From the IMG/VR virus record IMGVR_UViG_3300033463_000060: a stretch of DNA of 29,404 nucleotides; one strand, given 5' to 3'. The translations under genes and the position numbers were made by a program. Positions 7,209-16,429 of this stretch are shown here, one piece after another (position 1 is the first letter of the stretch; each line of letters opens with the position of its first letter). The notes beneath the pieces are model-generated. The model ran no database searches. It had not been told where the DNA came from and saw only the letters and a list, made by a program, of their open reading frames with translations. Source of the stretch: an uncultured virus (IMG/VR IMGVR_UViG_3300033463_000060). Taxonomy: Duplodnaviria > Heunggongvirae > Uroviricota > Caudoviricetes.

Positions 7209-7613
7209 ATGACTTACGACAATGCAATCATCATCAACGGCGAAGTGTACGTGCTCGACGATGGCTTCGACGAAAGCAACGACTGCGAAGGCTGTGCGCT
7301 GCGTGACAAATGCTGTGGCGGTTTTGATCTGATATGCTCCACGCTGTTCGACGCAGGGCAGGGCAAGCACTTCATCAAGGCCGACATGCCCGAACCCGTC
7401 TTCTGGCACAAGGGCGAGAACCCGCCCAGCGACGACCGCCCCGTGATAGGCTATTGGACCGACTACCCAGAAGAGGGATGGACTGAGCCGTTGTACTACA
7501 GCAACGGCGAGTGGTACAATGCCGACGAGAACGACTGGGCAAGTCAGCGAAAGGGTGGCCCCGACTTTTGGATAGACCGACCGCAGTACGATAAGGATGA
7601 ACACGAGGAGTAG
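7209..7613 (+). CDS. Hypothetical phage protein (CxxC N-terminal part; W-rich DUF551-like C-terminal part)
   Basis: ATG at 7209; DCEGCALRDKCC and WHKGENPPSDDRPV...FWIDRP. Confidence 0.7.
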   Translation: MTYDNAIIINGEVYVLDDGFDESNDCEGCALRDKCCGGFDLICSTLFDAGQGKHFIKADMPEPVFWHKGENPPSDDRPVIGYWTDYPEEGWTEPLYYSNGEWYNADENDWASQRKGGPDFWIDRPQYDKDEHEE

Positions 7614-7616
7614 TAA

Positions 7617-7727
7617 TGCCCCTTGGCGTAAGCCGCTTCCCCGATGGGCGGGGACGCTCGAATGTGAAATCCGTGGTCGTCATATTGCCCCTTGCATTAT
7701 AGCCGTCCCCCGATGGGCGGGGGACTC
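7617..7727. repeat. Two direct copies of a ~40-bp REP-like hairpin
   Basis: gccccttggcgtaagccgcttccccgatgggcgggga and gccccttgcattatagccgtcccccgatgggcggggga. Confidence 0.75.
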
Positions 7728-7740
7728 TAAAGGTGTGATA

Positions 7741-7827
7741 GGCGCAAGGGCTGGCGTGGCGACACCCACCTCGACTGGATTAACCACCCCTCGGCGCAAT
7801 ATGCGAAACAGTTAGAATTGTTTTAAA
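7741..7827 (+). repeat. 87-bp direct repeat, copy 2
   Basis: Duplicate of 7109-7195 with one a>t change. Confidence 0.95.
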
Positions 7828-7846
7828 CCCAAAAATAAAAAAGATT

Positions 7847-8410
7847 ATGGCAAATTTCAGTGGAACAATGAATCTCATGGGCTTCAAAGGAGCCAAAGTG
7901 TTTACCAATCTCGACCAGCAACGGCCCCAAATGGCCTGGGTCTGCATACCCGTGCCCTACAACGACATCCAACTGTCGCAGGACGGCAAGTATGCCAATG
8001 CCCGCGTGTTCATGGCCGAGACCAACGACAAGTTCAAACAGGCGTGCATACAGCGCAAGCAGCAGTCGGGCGACGACATGACCGGCTACATGCCACCCTC
8101 GCACCAGATGGAAGTGTCGTTCTCGCCCGAGTTCCGCCAGCGGGCACTCGAAGCCGCCCGTAAGCGACTGGTCAGCGAGCACCCCGAGTGGACCGGCGCC
8201 GACCTGGAAGACCCCGAGCACAACACCGACCTAAAGAACGCCATGTACGATGCCGTCCGCTGCCGACTGGGAAGCATGTACTGCCACCAGCGCCAGACCG
8301 TCAACGCCTCGCCCGCCAACACGGCGAATATCAGTCAGGCACAAGGAGCGCAGTCGTGGCAGGAGGGCGCACCATTCCCAGAGCAGGAAAGCGACGATTT
8401 GCCGTTTTAA
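7847..8410 (+). CDS. Putative single-stranded DNA-binding-like protein
   Basis: Q/A-rich linker and acidic C-terminus ESDDLPF, typical of SSB tails. Confidence 0.55.
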   Translation: MANFSGTMNLMGFKGAKVFTNLDQQRPQMAWVCIPVPYNDIQLSQDGKYANARVFMAETNDKFKQACIQRKQQSGDDMTGYMPPSHQMEVSFSPEFRQRALEAARKRLVSEHPEWTGADLEDPEHNTDLKNAMYDAVRCRLGSMYCHQRQTVNASPANTANISQAQGAQSWQEGAPFPEQESDDLPF

Positions 8411-8467
8411 GAGAAATTCACGCCGCCAACGAGCGGCATAAGTTTAACCAATAAAAACTGAAAGATT

Positions 8468-8803
8468 ATGGAAGTAACAGTAATCGACCTGCTGAAACAG
8501 ATGGCCGTCGCCATCCCCAGCATCATGGTGGGCACACAAGCCATCACCGCCGCCATTCACGGCGCCTTCAGAATCACCAACCAGAACGCAGTACATGCCC
8601 TGTCGTGGATCATCGCCACGCTCGCCGGACTCGGCTTCGTGGCCTTCAACGGCCTGGACTTCGGACTGCCCGAGGTGTGGAACTACATCATCGGTGGCGT
8701 ATGCGGTCTGATTGTCGGCGGTGCCGCCAACGGCGTGTACGACTGGCCTGCCGTGGCCAAGATTTTCGACGCCATCACCGCCCTGTTCGGATTGAAAAAG
8801 TAA
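8468..8803 (+). CDS. Holin-like membrane protein
   Basis: 111 aa, about 3 hydrophobic helices, GGAANGVYD motif and basic C-terminus. Confidence 0.6.
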   Translation: MEVTVIDLLKQMAVAIPSIMVGTQAITAAIHGAFRITNQNAVHALSWIIATLAGLGFVAFNGLDFGLPEVWNYIIGGVCGLIVGGAANGVYDWPAVAKIFDAITALFGLKK

Positions 8804-8909
8804 CTACTACGCGGGATTGATACCCCCGTCTTGATTACTTTAATCAGGAAACCGACAAGCCAAATCGGGGTTACGCCAAAGGCACCGTAAGGAACTGTCG
8901 GTTTTTCTT

Positions 8910-8945
8910 ATGTCCGTGAGTAAATGACGGAATGTGCTACCTTTG
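8910..8945 (+). promoter_or_regulatory. Phage-type promoter ATGTCCG-N21-TACCTTTG
   Basis: Lies just upstream of ATG 8972. Confidence 0.75.
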
Positions 8946-8971
8946 TCATCGAAACAACGAAATAACGAAAT

Positions 8972-9955
8972 ATGTTTGGAAAGAACGACACCCGCCACAT
9001 CGACCTCCACCTCCCGCAGTCGTGGAACCACTGCACCACCGACGAACTGGAAGCCATCGCCGCCGCCATCATTCAGGAACAGCAGCGCGTGGACCGCTAC
9101 CATCCCTTCGACTGGAGCAGGGTGAAACTGAACGTGGTGCTGGCCATCAACAACCTCACCCCCGACCCCTCTCCAAAGGGCGAGGGGAGTGAGGACCAGG
9201 GATGGTTGGTAAGGCGACCGCAGGACAAGGAGCCGTGGCCCATCTCAACAGGTCAGCTCGTAGCACTCACCGAACGGATTGCGTGGATCGACGACGAGAA
9301 GAGCGACAAGACGGTGTTTATGTTTCCGTACCCGGAACTACGTTTGGTTAATGGTTCATGGTTAAAGGTTAATGGTTCTGACGGCGGTAGCAAACTCTCC
9401 ACTCTACACTCTACACTCTCCACTATAATCGGTCCCGCTCCGCTTTTAGACGGTTACACGTGGCGCGAATACCGCTGGCTCACCGACTGGATGCAGGAGT
9501 ATATGCGGTGCGCCAATGCCTTGGCGCAAAGTAAGACGGAAGACGTAAGAAGGAAGAACCAAGCCGCCCTCGACACCGCCCGCAACGAGTTCTTAGCCGT
9601 GCTGTTTAAGCCTACCACATCAGCCCTCAGCCCTCAGCCATCAGACATCTTTGAGGACTTCTCCCCCGTGAAATGGCAGGTCATCCTCTTCTGGTGGTCC
9701 TCCCTCATGGCCCAGCTCGCCAAGAAGTTCCCCAAGGTCTTCAAGCCCCAGCCCGTCGGCAAGCACCGCCGTCCGCAGAAGGCCGACACGCCGTGGGATT
9801 TTTACAACCGCGTCACCGCCACCATCCAGAAGTACATCGGCGGCCTGTCCTCCTCCGATGTCGATAACCAGCCCTACGGCGTCACCCTGCAGCAGCTGGA
9901 GATGATGGCCGACGAAGCCGCCGAGTTAGAGAGAGCAAAGTCAAGGCATCCTTGA
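8972..9955 (+). CDS. Hypothetical virion/tail-assembly protein carrying several in-frame repeat insertions
   Basis: 327-aa ORF at the start of the tail module. Low-complexity peptides (TPDPSPKGEG, VNGSWLKVNGS, LSTLHSTLST, SALSPQPSDI) map to DNA repeats. Confidence 0.75.
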   Translation: MFGKNDTRHIDLHLPQSWNHCTTDELEAIAAAIIQEQQRVDRYHPFDWSRVKLNVVLAINNLTPDPSPKGEGSEDQGWLVRRPQDKEPWPISTGQLVALTERIAWIDDEKSDKTVFMFPYPELRLVNGSWLKVNGSDGGSKLSTLHSTLSTIIGPAPLLDGYTWREYRWLTDWMQEYMRCANALAQSKTEDVRRKNQAALDTARNEFLAVLFKPTTSALSPQPSDIFEDFSPVKWQVILFWWSSLMAQLAKKFPKVFKPQPVGKHRRPQKADTPWDFYNRVTATIQKYIGGLSSSDVDNQPYGVTLQQLEMMADEAAELERAKSRHP

Positions 9956-10032
9956 ACTTTGCCGAACGAGAGGCGGTTCGACGTTAAAGTCAAACTGCCG
10001 AAATGGAAAAGCTAAAGCACAAGAAACCGTAG

Positions 10033-10177
10033 AATTTGACGATTTGACGATTTCACGATTGGACGATTTCACGATTTGACGATTGGACGATTTGACGATT
10101 TCACGATTGGACGATTGGATGATTTGAAGATTGCCCGTAAATAGTAAAATAGTAAAATAGTAAAATAGTAAAATAAA
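10033..10177. repeat. Two adjacent 8-bp tandem arrays (GATTTGAC-like x12; AAATAGTA x4-5)
   Basis: Directly visible at 10033-10128 and 10138-10177. Confidence 0.9.
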
Positions 10178-10180
10178 ACT

Positions 10181-12973
10181 ATGCACAGCCATTTAGCAAT
10201 CATAGGAAAGAACGGCGAGCTGGCCCTGAAGCCAGACCAGTCTGTCAACATCACCGAGAAGAACCCCATGTTCAACGACGTGGAGATGTTCTCGCAGACG
10301 TTCCAGTTGCCGTTCGACAAGAACCGCCACCTGTTGAAGAATATGGAGGCCCGCGACAGCAACATGCGAGCTGTTGACGTGGAGGGCGAGCGTTTCCGCA
10401 TCGTCATGGACGGCATACCCGCCCGCACCGCTACGCTGAAGGTGCAGGATGATGTGGTGCTCAACGACTCGATAGACGTAAACCTCGATGCCACCAACCG
10501 CACCTTCAAGGATATGATTGCTGACATGAAATGCCGCAATGTGTCGGTAGATGATGACATCCTGATAGGCGAGAAGATAGGCGATGTGAACCTGCATGTG
10601 GAATATCAGACGGTGTGGCGACAGCGCATACAGGTGGATAGACAGTCACCTGGTGATCCTACCGACCCCTCAGAGCAGTGGACACACGAAATCGGAGTGA
10701 CGGAAATTACGGAGAAACCGAAGACTATTGACGGCACTTTCCAACCGCCAGTGCTCGGTTTCAGCTACCCAGCAAAATGTGTCACGCAGCGGGATGGTAT
10801 TCAGGCAGTGGCTAGCCCGAACTCGTTGACGATTGACGGCACGAATATCATTACACCTGTTGTTGATGAACTGTATATCAATACCAAGACACCCTACGGC
10901 TCGACCGACGAGAGCGGCAAGACGTGGCCGTTCTGTAACTCACGCATCTGCTATAGTCACCACGACAAGGAAAACGACGGCAATGGTAATTACGAGACGG
11001 CGGAGGCCTTGGTGCCCAATGGTGCTGCCACGCCCGACGATAAGCATAATTTCGGACCCTATTGGGTACTCGATGCCGATCGGCCTGCAAGCGGAATCTG
11101 CTTCTACGTGGGTTATTTCCTTGAAAGACTGTTCAAAGACCTTGGTATGGCCTATGACATGACAGCACTAAGCAATATAGACGACTTCAATTACCTGTGT
11201 TTCTTCACCACATCGTGCAAGAGCCGTGTGGAGAACACGTCGCTTCAACTGACAAGCGTCGAAGACATCAACAAATGGCTCTCGTCGCGTGGTTGTGGCG
11301 GGCAGTTGAGCATTGACTACAACAATTTAAATCAGGAGGTACTACTTAACACCATCGACCAGTCGAGCGACGACTATCATAAGTATCTCACGCTGTCAGC
11401 TGCCGAGGTGCAGTCGTGCGACAACGCAGTGACGTTGGAAAATGTACCCTTTAAGCCTTCGTATCATATTCAGATGGAAAACGGTGACGGCAGCGTAGGT
11501 CCGCTTGTTACATTAAGTCCATGGCCATGTATTTATGAAGGAATGACATATCATATTGACCGCACGTATAGTGTGTCGAGTGTCAATGCTCAGTCAGTAT
11601 CGGCATACGTTCAGAAGATGTATGCCACGAGCGACAACTTCCCCGATGCCAACGTCACAGAGATTATCGAGAGCCTGGAGAACTCGTTTGGTGTGCGCTT
11701 CTGCTACGATACCGAACAGAACAAGGTGACGGTGCGACTTTTGCGCGATATGTTCTGCGATCAGCAGCCGCCTATTCCTTTTAAGGGAAAGGTGCTGTCG
11801 ATGCGCAAGGTGTCTGAGAAAATCACAGGCATCAAGATGGGTTACGCTGCCGAGAGTGACGCTCAGGAGCAGCGCGACAACATCCGCTATCAAAAGAAGG
11901 ACTATGACACCACCTACGACTATATGGAATATCCGCAAGGCCGTACCATTCTGAAACCATACGCCGACGTGACGAAGCTGGTGGATATTGGCAACATGAA
12001 CTGCTATGTGGATTTGGCTACGGGCGATGCTTTCCGCATCAAGATAGACAGCGATGCCAAGACGGTGGCCGAGATGAAGCCGTCACTCTTCGAGGTGGGT
12101 GGACTGAAAGGTGTAGAGATGGGTGACTGCTCGAAGGAGAACGAAGACTACGTGAAGGAGTTTCGTTCAAGTTTTGAGCCGGTTATCTGTAACATCTTGA
12201 AGCGCGACCAGAGCGGTTCTATTCTGCTGGTGCCATTCATAGACGAGAATATGGAGCACGAACTGCTGCCGATGAAGGTGCAGAATGTGATGACAGTTGG
12301 TCGCAGCGAGTTGTATTTCAACTACGACCTGCAGCTGTTGGAAAACTACGACCCTACTAGCACCGATGACGGCCAGTCGCCGCTGATGTCGCATGAATGG
12401 GGACTGACGGTAGGCATACTGCGCCCTGGCGCAGGAACGGAAGCTCCATACGAATACGACGAAGGCTACGATGGCTTTGGAAATTCGCGCTGGGGTATTA
12501 CGTCGGAGGACTATGCCGTGACTGCAGACTCCTACGACGTGCGTGGACGGTTCATGGGCACGTCGCCAGCAGGTTCGTTCTCCCTGAAGCCATGCGCCTA
12601 CAAGCCGTTCCGATATAAGTACGTCGGCGGTCAGTTAATGATTTCAACCAACCAGAAGCAGTGGGAGTCGGAAGACGGGTGGCTCATTCCCTGTAACGAT
12701 GACGTGCGCAACAGCGACGGCACGATAGCATCGCGGATTCGTTCACGAGGTATGCGCGAAACCTTTATGATAGAGTTCTTCAGCTTCTTGCTCTATCGTC
12801 AGCGTTACGAGGTTAAGACACTCTGCACCGCCGCAGAGCTGATAGACATCCCGAACCACTGGCTGCGTCGCTGGGAGATAGACGGAAAAGTGGGTTTCAT
12901 CAATAAGACTGAGTATTCTGCCAACGTGGAGAAAGGTGTCGGCGAGGTTGTGATAGATTTTTATTCGATGTAG
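10181..12973 (+). CDS. Large minor tail/baseplate protein (putative)
   Basis: 930 aa; N-terminal EKNPMFND..FSQTFQLPF and NFPDANVTEIIESLENSFGVRF, as recalled from Bacteroidetes siphovirus tail proteins; tail-module context. Confidence 0.65.
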   Translation: MHSHLAIIGKNGELALKPDQSVNITEKNPMFNDVEMFSQTFQLPFDKNRHLLKNMEARDSNMRAVDVEGERFRIVMDGIPARTATLKVQDDVVLNDSIDVNLDATNRTFKDMIADMKCRNVSVDDDILIGEKIGDVNLHVEYQTVWRQRIQVDRQSPGDPTDPSEQWTHEIGVTEITEKPKTIDGTFQPPVLGFSYPAKCVTQRDGIQAVASPNSLTIDGTNIITPVVDELYINTKTPYGSTDESGKTWPFCNSRICYSHHDKENDGNGNYETAEALVPNGAATPDDKHNFGPYWVLDADRPASGICFYVGYFLERLFKDLGMAYDMTALSNIDDFNYLCFFTTSCKSRVENTSLQLTSVEDINKWLSSRGCGGQLSIDYNNLNQEVLLNTIDQSSDDYHKYLTLSAAEVQSCDNAVTLENVPFKPSYHIQMENGDGSVGPLVTLSPWPCIYEGMTYHIDRTYSVSSVNAQSVSAYVQKMYATSDNFPDANVTEIIESLENSFGVRFCYDTEQNKVTVRLLRDMFCDQQPPIPFKGKVLSMRKVSEKITGIKMGYAAESDAQEQRDNIRYQKKDYDTTYDYMEYPQGRTILKPYADVTKLVDIGNMNCYVDLATGDAFRIKIDSDAKTVAEMKPSLFEVGGLKGVEMGDCSKENEDYVKEFRSSFEPVICNILKRDQSGSILLVPFIDENMEHELLPMKVQNVMTVGRSELYFNYDLQLLENYDPTSTDDGQSPLMSHEWGLTVGILRPGAGTEAPYEYDEGYDGFGNSRWGITSEDYAVTADSYDVRGRFMGTSPAGSFSLKPCAYKPFRYKYVGGQLMISTNQKQWESEDGWLIPCNDDVRNSDGTIASRIRSRGMRETFMIEFFSFLLYRQRYEVKTLCTAAELIDIPNHWLRRWEIDGKVGFINKTEYSANVEKGVGEVVIDFYSM

Positions 12974-13005
12974 TTTGTTAGTTTGAAGTAAAAATCGTAC
13001 CTTTG
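12974..13005 (+). promoter_or_regulatory. Canonical host-type promoter of the moron
   Basis: TTTG at 12974-12977, N20, TACCTTTG at 12998-13005. Confidence 0.8.
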
Positions 13006-13033
13006 TCCTCGTAAACTTAAAACAATAAGCGAT

Positions 13034-13768
13034 ATGAGGACAAAGGTATTTTTATTTTATGCACTATTGGTTGCCATTATGTCGGTAGGATGTGAAAAGG
13101 ACGAAGACCAGACAGACAAAGAAACTACCGCCACTTTGACAGGCTGGTGGGATGTGGAAAAGGTAAAGGCAGGCGACTTGTGGTACGATCCTCCTACATC
13201 CGACGCAACATATATGCTCTTTACCGATGATAATATTTTCCAGACTGGCAACGAAAGCGGCATGGTGTATTTGAGAAAAGATGATGTAGTAGAGTGCTGT
13301 AACATTAAAAACTATTCTACTGTTCTGTATAGAATCAATATCACAAGTCTTACGTCATCGCAACTTACGGCATCGGTCTATAACGTGAAGAGTGGTACAA
13401 CCAGGGAGTATCTGATGCAAAGAAATGCCGACAAAGCGCTATTTGCCCGTTCGCCGAAAACCTATCTGCAGGGAGAGTGGAAGGCCAGCGATGCAAAATT
13501 CTCAAAGATTGTCTTTGACGACCAGTATGCTACATTCTTCTTTGACGGGGAGGATGCTCACAAGGAAATGTTTTTCTATTACAGAAACAAGTACTCCCCG
13601 CAGACCATCAGTATCAGTCTTTTCCCAGAATCCGAGGATAGGAATGTTATTGGTTATGACTTGTATTATAGAATACTTATAGAAAGTGTTAGTCCAGTCA
13701 ATAGTCCGAACACATTTAGAATTAACGACTACAAGAACTCTAAAACATATACTTGTGTAAAGCAGTAA
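13034..13768 (+). CDS. Lipoprotein moron (lipocalin-like; possible superinfection exclusion)
   Basis: Signal peptide II with lipobox SVG-C followed by acidic EKDED; LTGWW and LQGEW lipocalin-like starts; AT-rich; own promoter. Confidence 0.75.
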   Translation: MRTKVFLFYALLVAIMSVGCEKDEDQTDKETTATLTGWWDVEKVKAGDLWYDPPTSDATYMLFTDDNIFQTGNESGMVYLRKDDVVECCNIKNYSTVLYRINITSLTSSQLTASVYNVKSGTTREYLMQRNADKALFARSPKTYLQGEWKASDAKFSKIVFDDQYATFFFDGEDAHKEMFFYYRNKYSPQTISISLFPESEDRNVIGYDLYYRILIESVSPVNSPNTFRINDYKNSKTYTCVKQ

Positions 13769-13816
13769 GTGTCTCATAACAGATTCGTCAAGCAGGCGGG
13801 CATCAGCGGAAACGCA

Positions 13817-13851
13817 ATGTCCGTCTGTTTTTTTGCTTTGCCGTAATTTTG
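13817..13851 (+). promoter_or_regulatory. Phage-type promoter ATGTCCG-N20-TAATTTTG
   Basis: Upstream of ATG 13877. Confidence 0.75.
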
Positions 13852-13876
13852 CTTGCAGAAACAAACAAGCAGAATT

Positions 13877-15028
13877 ATGGCACAAGCAATAGCACTCATC
13901 AGTGGTTCACCACTCATTGGCAGCCCCATCGTACTGCGGGTGGTGCCCGAGGCTTACAGTTCAAGAAGAACGTTCCACCGCATCATGGTCCGCGTCTATG
14001 CAAAATTGGAGACGGACGAGGACTACACCACGTTTGACTTCTTGACATCCGTAGAGACCAAGCCTAGCGGTGCATCGTATGCCACACAGCCCGCTACGTT
14101 CGACATCTCGTCAGCTCTGCGGGCCGTGGCGGATAAGTACGAGTACGAGGCGACACCGCCCACGCGCTACCCTTATATCAAGTTCCGCGTAGAGGCATGG
14201 GACGAGTGGATGGTGGACGGAAGTATCTCCACCAATCAGGGCGTGGTGAAGTGGCCAACGAACACGAACGCCTCTTATACGTTTTATGCCTATGCCTTCA
14301 TGGGTGCTTGGACCGACCTGGAGCGACTGAAGGCCAGCGTGGATCAGAGTGGGGTAGAGTTTCTGAACACCTCTGTGATGTCGCGCAAGCCGAACAGCAG
14401 TCCCGAGGTGGTGTTCCTCGGCAGTGCCTTCATCTATCCCGACACGTTCAACCGCAGCATTCTCGACACCGACCACATGAGCGACGACGCCACGCCTGTC
14501 TTTGTCAGCGGAGCCCCCAGCAATGGTCCTAAGTCGCTTAGTCATACTCCCAGCACTGCCGGTGCTGCCACTGTTGGTGGCCATAACATCTACGCCATCA
14601 CCGAACCTGCCAATGCTTATCTCCTGCGCTTCATCAACGGGCTGGGCTGCATGGAGTCGCTGCACGTGGAGAGTCTGGTGAAGCGCGAGGTGCCTATCCA
14701 GACCGACAAGCACACCGTGGCCAAGCAAGAGACGCTGAAAAAGTTCTCGCGCTCGGTAGTCCGCAAGACCAACGACCGCGAGACGTGGTACCTGACCTCT
14801 GGCCCGCTGGACCGCGAGTGGGCATCGTGGTACATCCACGAGTTCCTGATGTCCGAGCAGGTGTGGATAGGTCTCAACTCTCAACTCTCAACTCTCAATT
14901 CTCAACTCATCTGGATTCCCTGCCACGTGGTGCCCGAAGAGACCACCGTGCTGGAAGACAGTGTAAATGCACAGCCTATGGAGGTGCAGTTCAAATTAGA
15001 GATGGACATCAACGGCAGTCCCATTTAA
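13877..15028 (+). CDS. Putative tail structural protein
   Basis: FDISSALRA and RFINGLGCMES motifs; tail context. ATG at 13877. Confidence 0.6.
   Translation: MAQAIALISGSPLIGSPIVLRVVPEAYSSRRTFHRIMVRVYAKLETDEDYTTFDFLTSVETKPSGASYATQPATFDISSALRAVADKYEYEATPPTRYPYIKFRVEAWDEWMVDGSISTNQGVVKWPTNTNASYTFYAYAFMGAWTDLERLKASVDQSGVEFLNTSVMSRKPNSSPEVVFLGSAFIYPDTFNRSILDTDHMSDDATPVFVSGAPSNGPKSLSHTPSTAGAATVGGHNIYAITEPANAYLLRFINGLGCMESLHVESLVKREVPIQTDKHTVAKQETLKKFSRSVVRKTNDRETWYLTSGPLDREWASWYIHEFLMSEQVWIGLNSQLSTLNSQLIWIPCHVVPEETTVLEDSVNAQPMEVQFKLEMDINGSPI
14873..14907. repeat. In-frame heptamer array (CTCAACT x5) inside CDS
   Basis: Encodes LNSQLSTLNSQL. Confidence 0.85.
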
Positions 15029-15040
15029 ATACTTATAGAT

Positions 15041-15640
15041 ATGTTTAGGTTAGATAATCTCTTAGAACGCTGGGCGGAAATATATGCACCGCTGAAGCAC
15101 AATAAGGATGGAAAGAAAAGTTTCTTCCGCATCGGCATGATTGATGCCAACTCCTACTTCGTGCGCAACTTCACCACCTGCCCGCCGTCGTGCATGGCCT
15201 ACGCCACCCACGTCGATGCGGAGATCAACAAGCAGAACCCGAAGCAGCTCTCCTACCGCCACGTCATCTACTTCCTGAAGAAGCAGCCCGCCGGCACGCT
15301 GTCGAAGACGCAGATTACCGACGAGGAGGGCGCCACCGAGGCCCGCTTCGCCACGGACGATATGGTGCAGGACCTCATTGCCGTGCTCTCTGCCATGAAG
15401 GGAGTAGTCAATGGCAAATCACTTTCCTCCGATCTACCCGTAGATTCGGAAATCCGTCAGTTCCTCATCGACACTGCCGCCGACCCCGACTACCGCGAGG
15501 GCTTGCGCGGCCTGCACATCGACGAGGCGCACTGGGGCACCCTGCCCGCCATGCTCAACGGCTGGCAAGTCTGCGGCCTGACCATCGAGCAGACTGCCCC
15601 CCGCCTGCTGTGCGTGAACCAGGAGAGGTACCTACCCTAA
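15041..15640 (+). CDS. Hypothetical structural protein (possible tail terminator)
   Basis: 199-aa ORF two genes upstream of the tape measure. Confidence 0.6.
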   Translation: MFRLDNLLERWAEIYAPLKHNKDGKKSFFRIGMIDANSYFVRNFTTCPPSCMAYATHVDAEINKQNPKQLSYRHVIYFLKKQPAGTLSKTQITDEEGATEARFATDDMVQDLIAVLSAMKGVVNGKSLSSDLPVDSEIRQFLIDTAADPDYREGLRGLHIDEAHWGTLPAMLNGWQVCGLTIEQTAPRLLCVNQERYLP

Positions 15641-15705
15641 CATACCCAGTTTTATATTTAAAAGGTTTTTCTATTCATTTGGTTTAAGTTTATTTAGTAA
15701 TTTTC

Positions 15706-15739
15706 GCCGCCTCTGTTGTGAAACACAGGCGGTCTTTTT
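15706..15739 (+). terminator. Intrinsic terminator
   Basis: ccgcct-ctgttgtgaaacac-aggcgg-tctttt. Confidence 0.6.
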
Positions 15740-15781
15740 ATTGTTTATTGGTTATTGTTTAACGGTTATTGGCTAAGTTCA

Positions 15782-15817
15782 ATGTCCGCCTTCCTCTGCC
15801 CCTTCTATATATCTTTG
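15782..15817 (+). promoter_or_regulatory. Phage-type promoter ATGTCCG-N21-TATCTTTG
   Basis: Upstream of ATG 15843. Confidence 0.75.
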
Positions 15818-15842
15818 TAACAAACAAAACAACACAAAAACT

Positions 15843-16385
15843 ATGGCAACAGTTATTGCTGAAGATTATGGCGAAGGCAGAGAGTTGTTCCCGATGCGCT
15901 ATATCGCCGACCTGTTCAAGGAGCAAACCTTGCAACAGATGAAAATCAACATGATGACGCAGAGGATATGGCCTTTCGAGGTCTATCCTGGTTATCGTGT
16001 CCGCAACGAGAAGCGCAAATTGATGGGCGGCTGGGTGTCAACAGGCGAGGGCATCCAGTCGTTTGAGGGTTCTGTCATCGAGGCCGACGAGGAAACGGGC
16101 ATGGTCACGATGTCATTCCGCTTCAACGACTACATGCAGTATGTCGATATCGGTGTCGGTGCGTGGGGCAAGTCTGAAGATATTGACCGTAGTCGTAAGG
16201 TGCGCTACCGCAACCGCTACGCCAACTGGGTACCATCAGGCGGCAAGACCCACCGACCTGCCATTCAGCCTGAGTTGAATCACTTGCTTACCCGACTGGA
16301 AGATTACGTCAGCGACTTCTACGGCAAGAAGTACGAGTTCAAGATGCTCGACACCTTCCAAGACCTCACCATTTTCGTAGGATAA
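15843..16385 (+). CDS. Putative neck/tail-completion protein
   Basis: STGEG..SF and FRFNDYMQYVDIGVG, basic; directly before the tape measure. Confidence 0.6.
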   Translation: MATVIAEDYGEGRELFPMRYIADLFKEQTLQQMKINMMTQRIWPFEVYPGYRVRNEKRKLMGGWVSTGEGIQSFEGSVIEADEETGMVTMSFRFNDYMQYVDIGVGAWGKSEDIDRSRKVRYRNRYANWVPSGGKTHRPAIQPELNHLLTRLEDYVSDFYGKKYEFKMLDTFQDLTIFVG

Positions 16386-16429
16386 TAATTGTAAATTGTA
16401 AATTGTCAAATAGTAAATAGATAAAGGCT

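Noticed and set aside
7617..7727. Mini-CRISPR (two repeats and a ~30-bp spacer)
   Set aside because: Only two divergent copies; they resemble the REP-like hairpin at 5694-5722.
7109..7827. DGR template/variable repeat pair
   Set aside because: Only one mismatch, the A-containing copy is the coding one, no reverse transcriptase is in the window, and the target is an MTase.
10069..10560. Minus-strand ORFs with SSNRPIVK repeats
   Set aside because: Translation artefacts of the octamer arrays.
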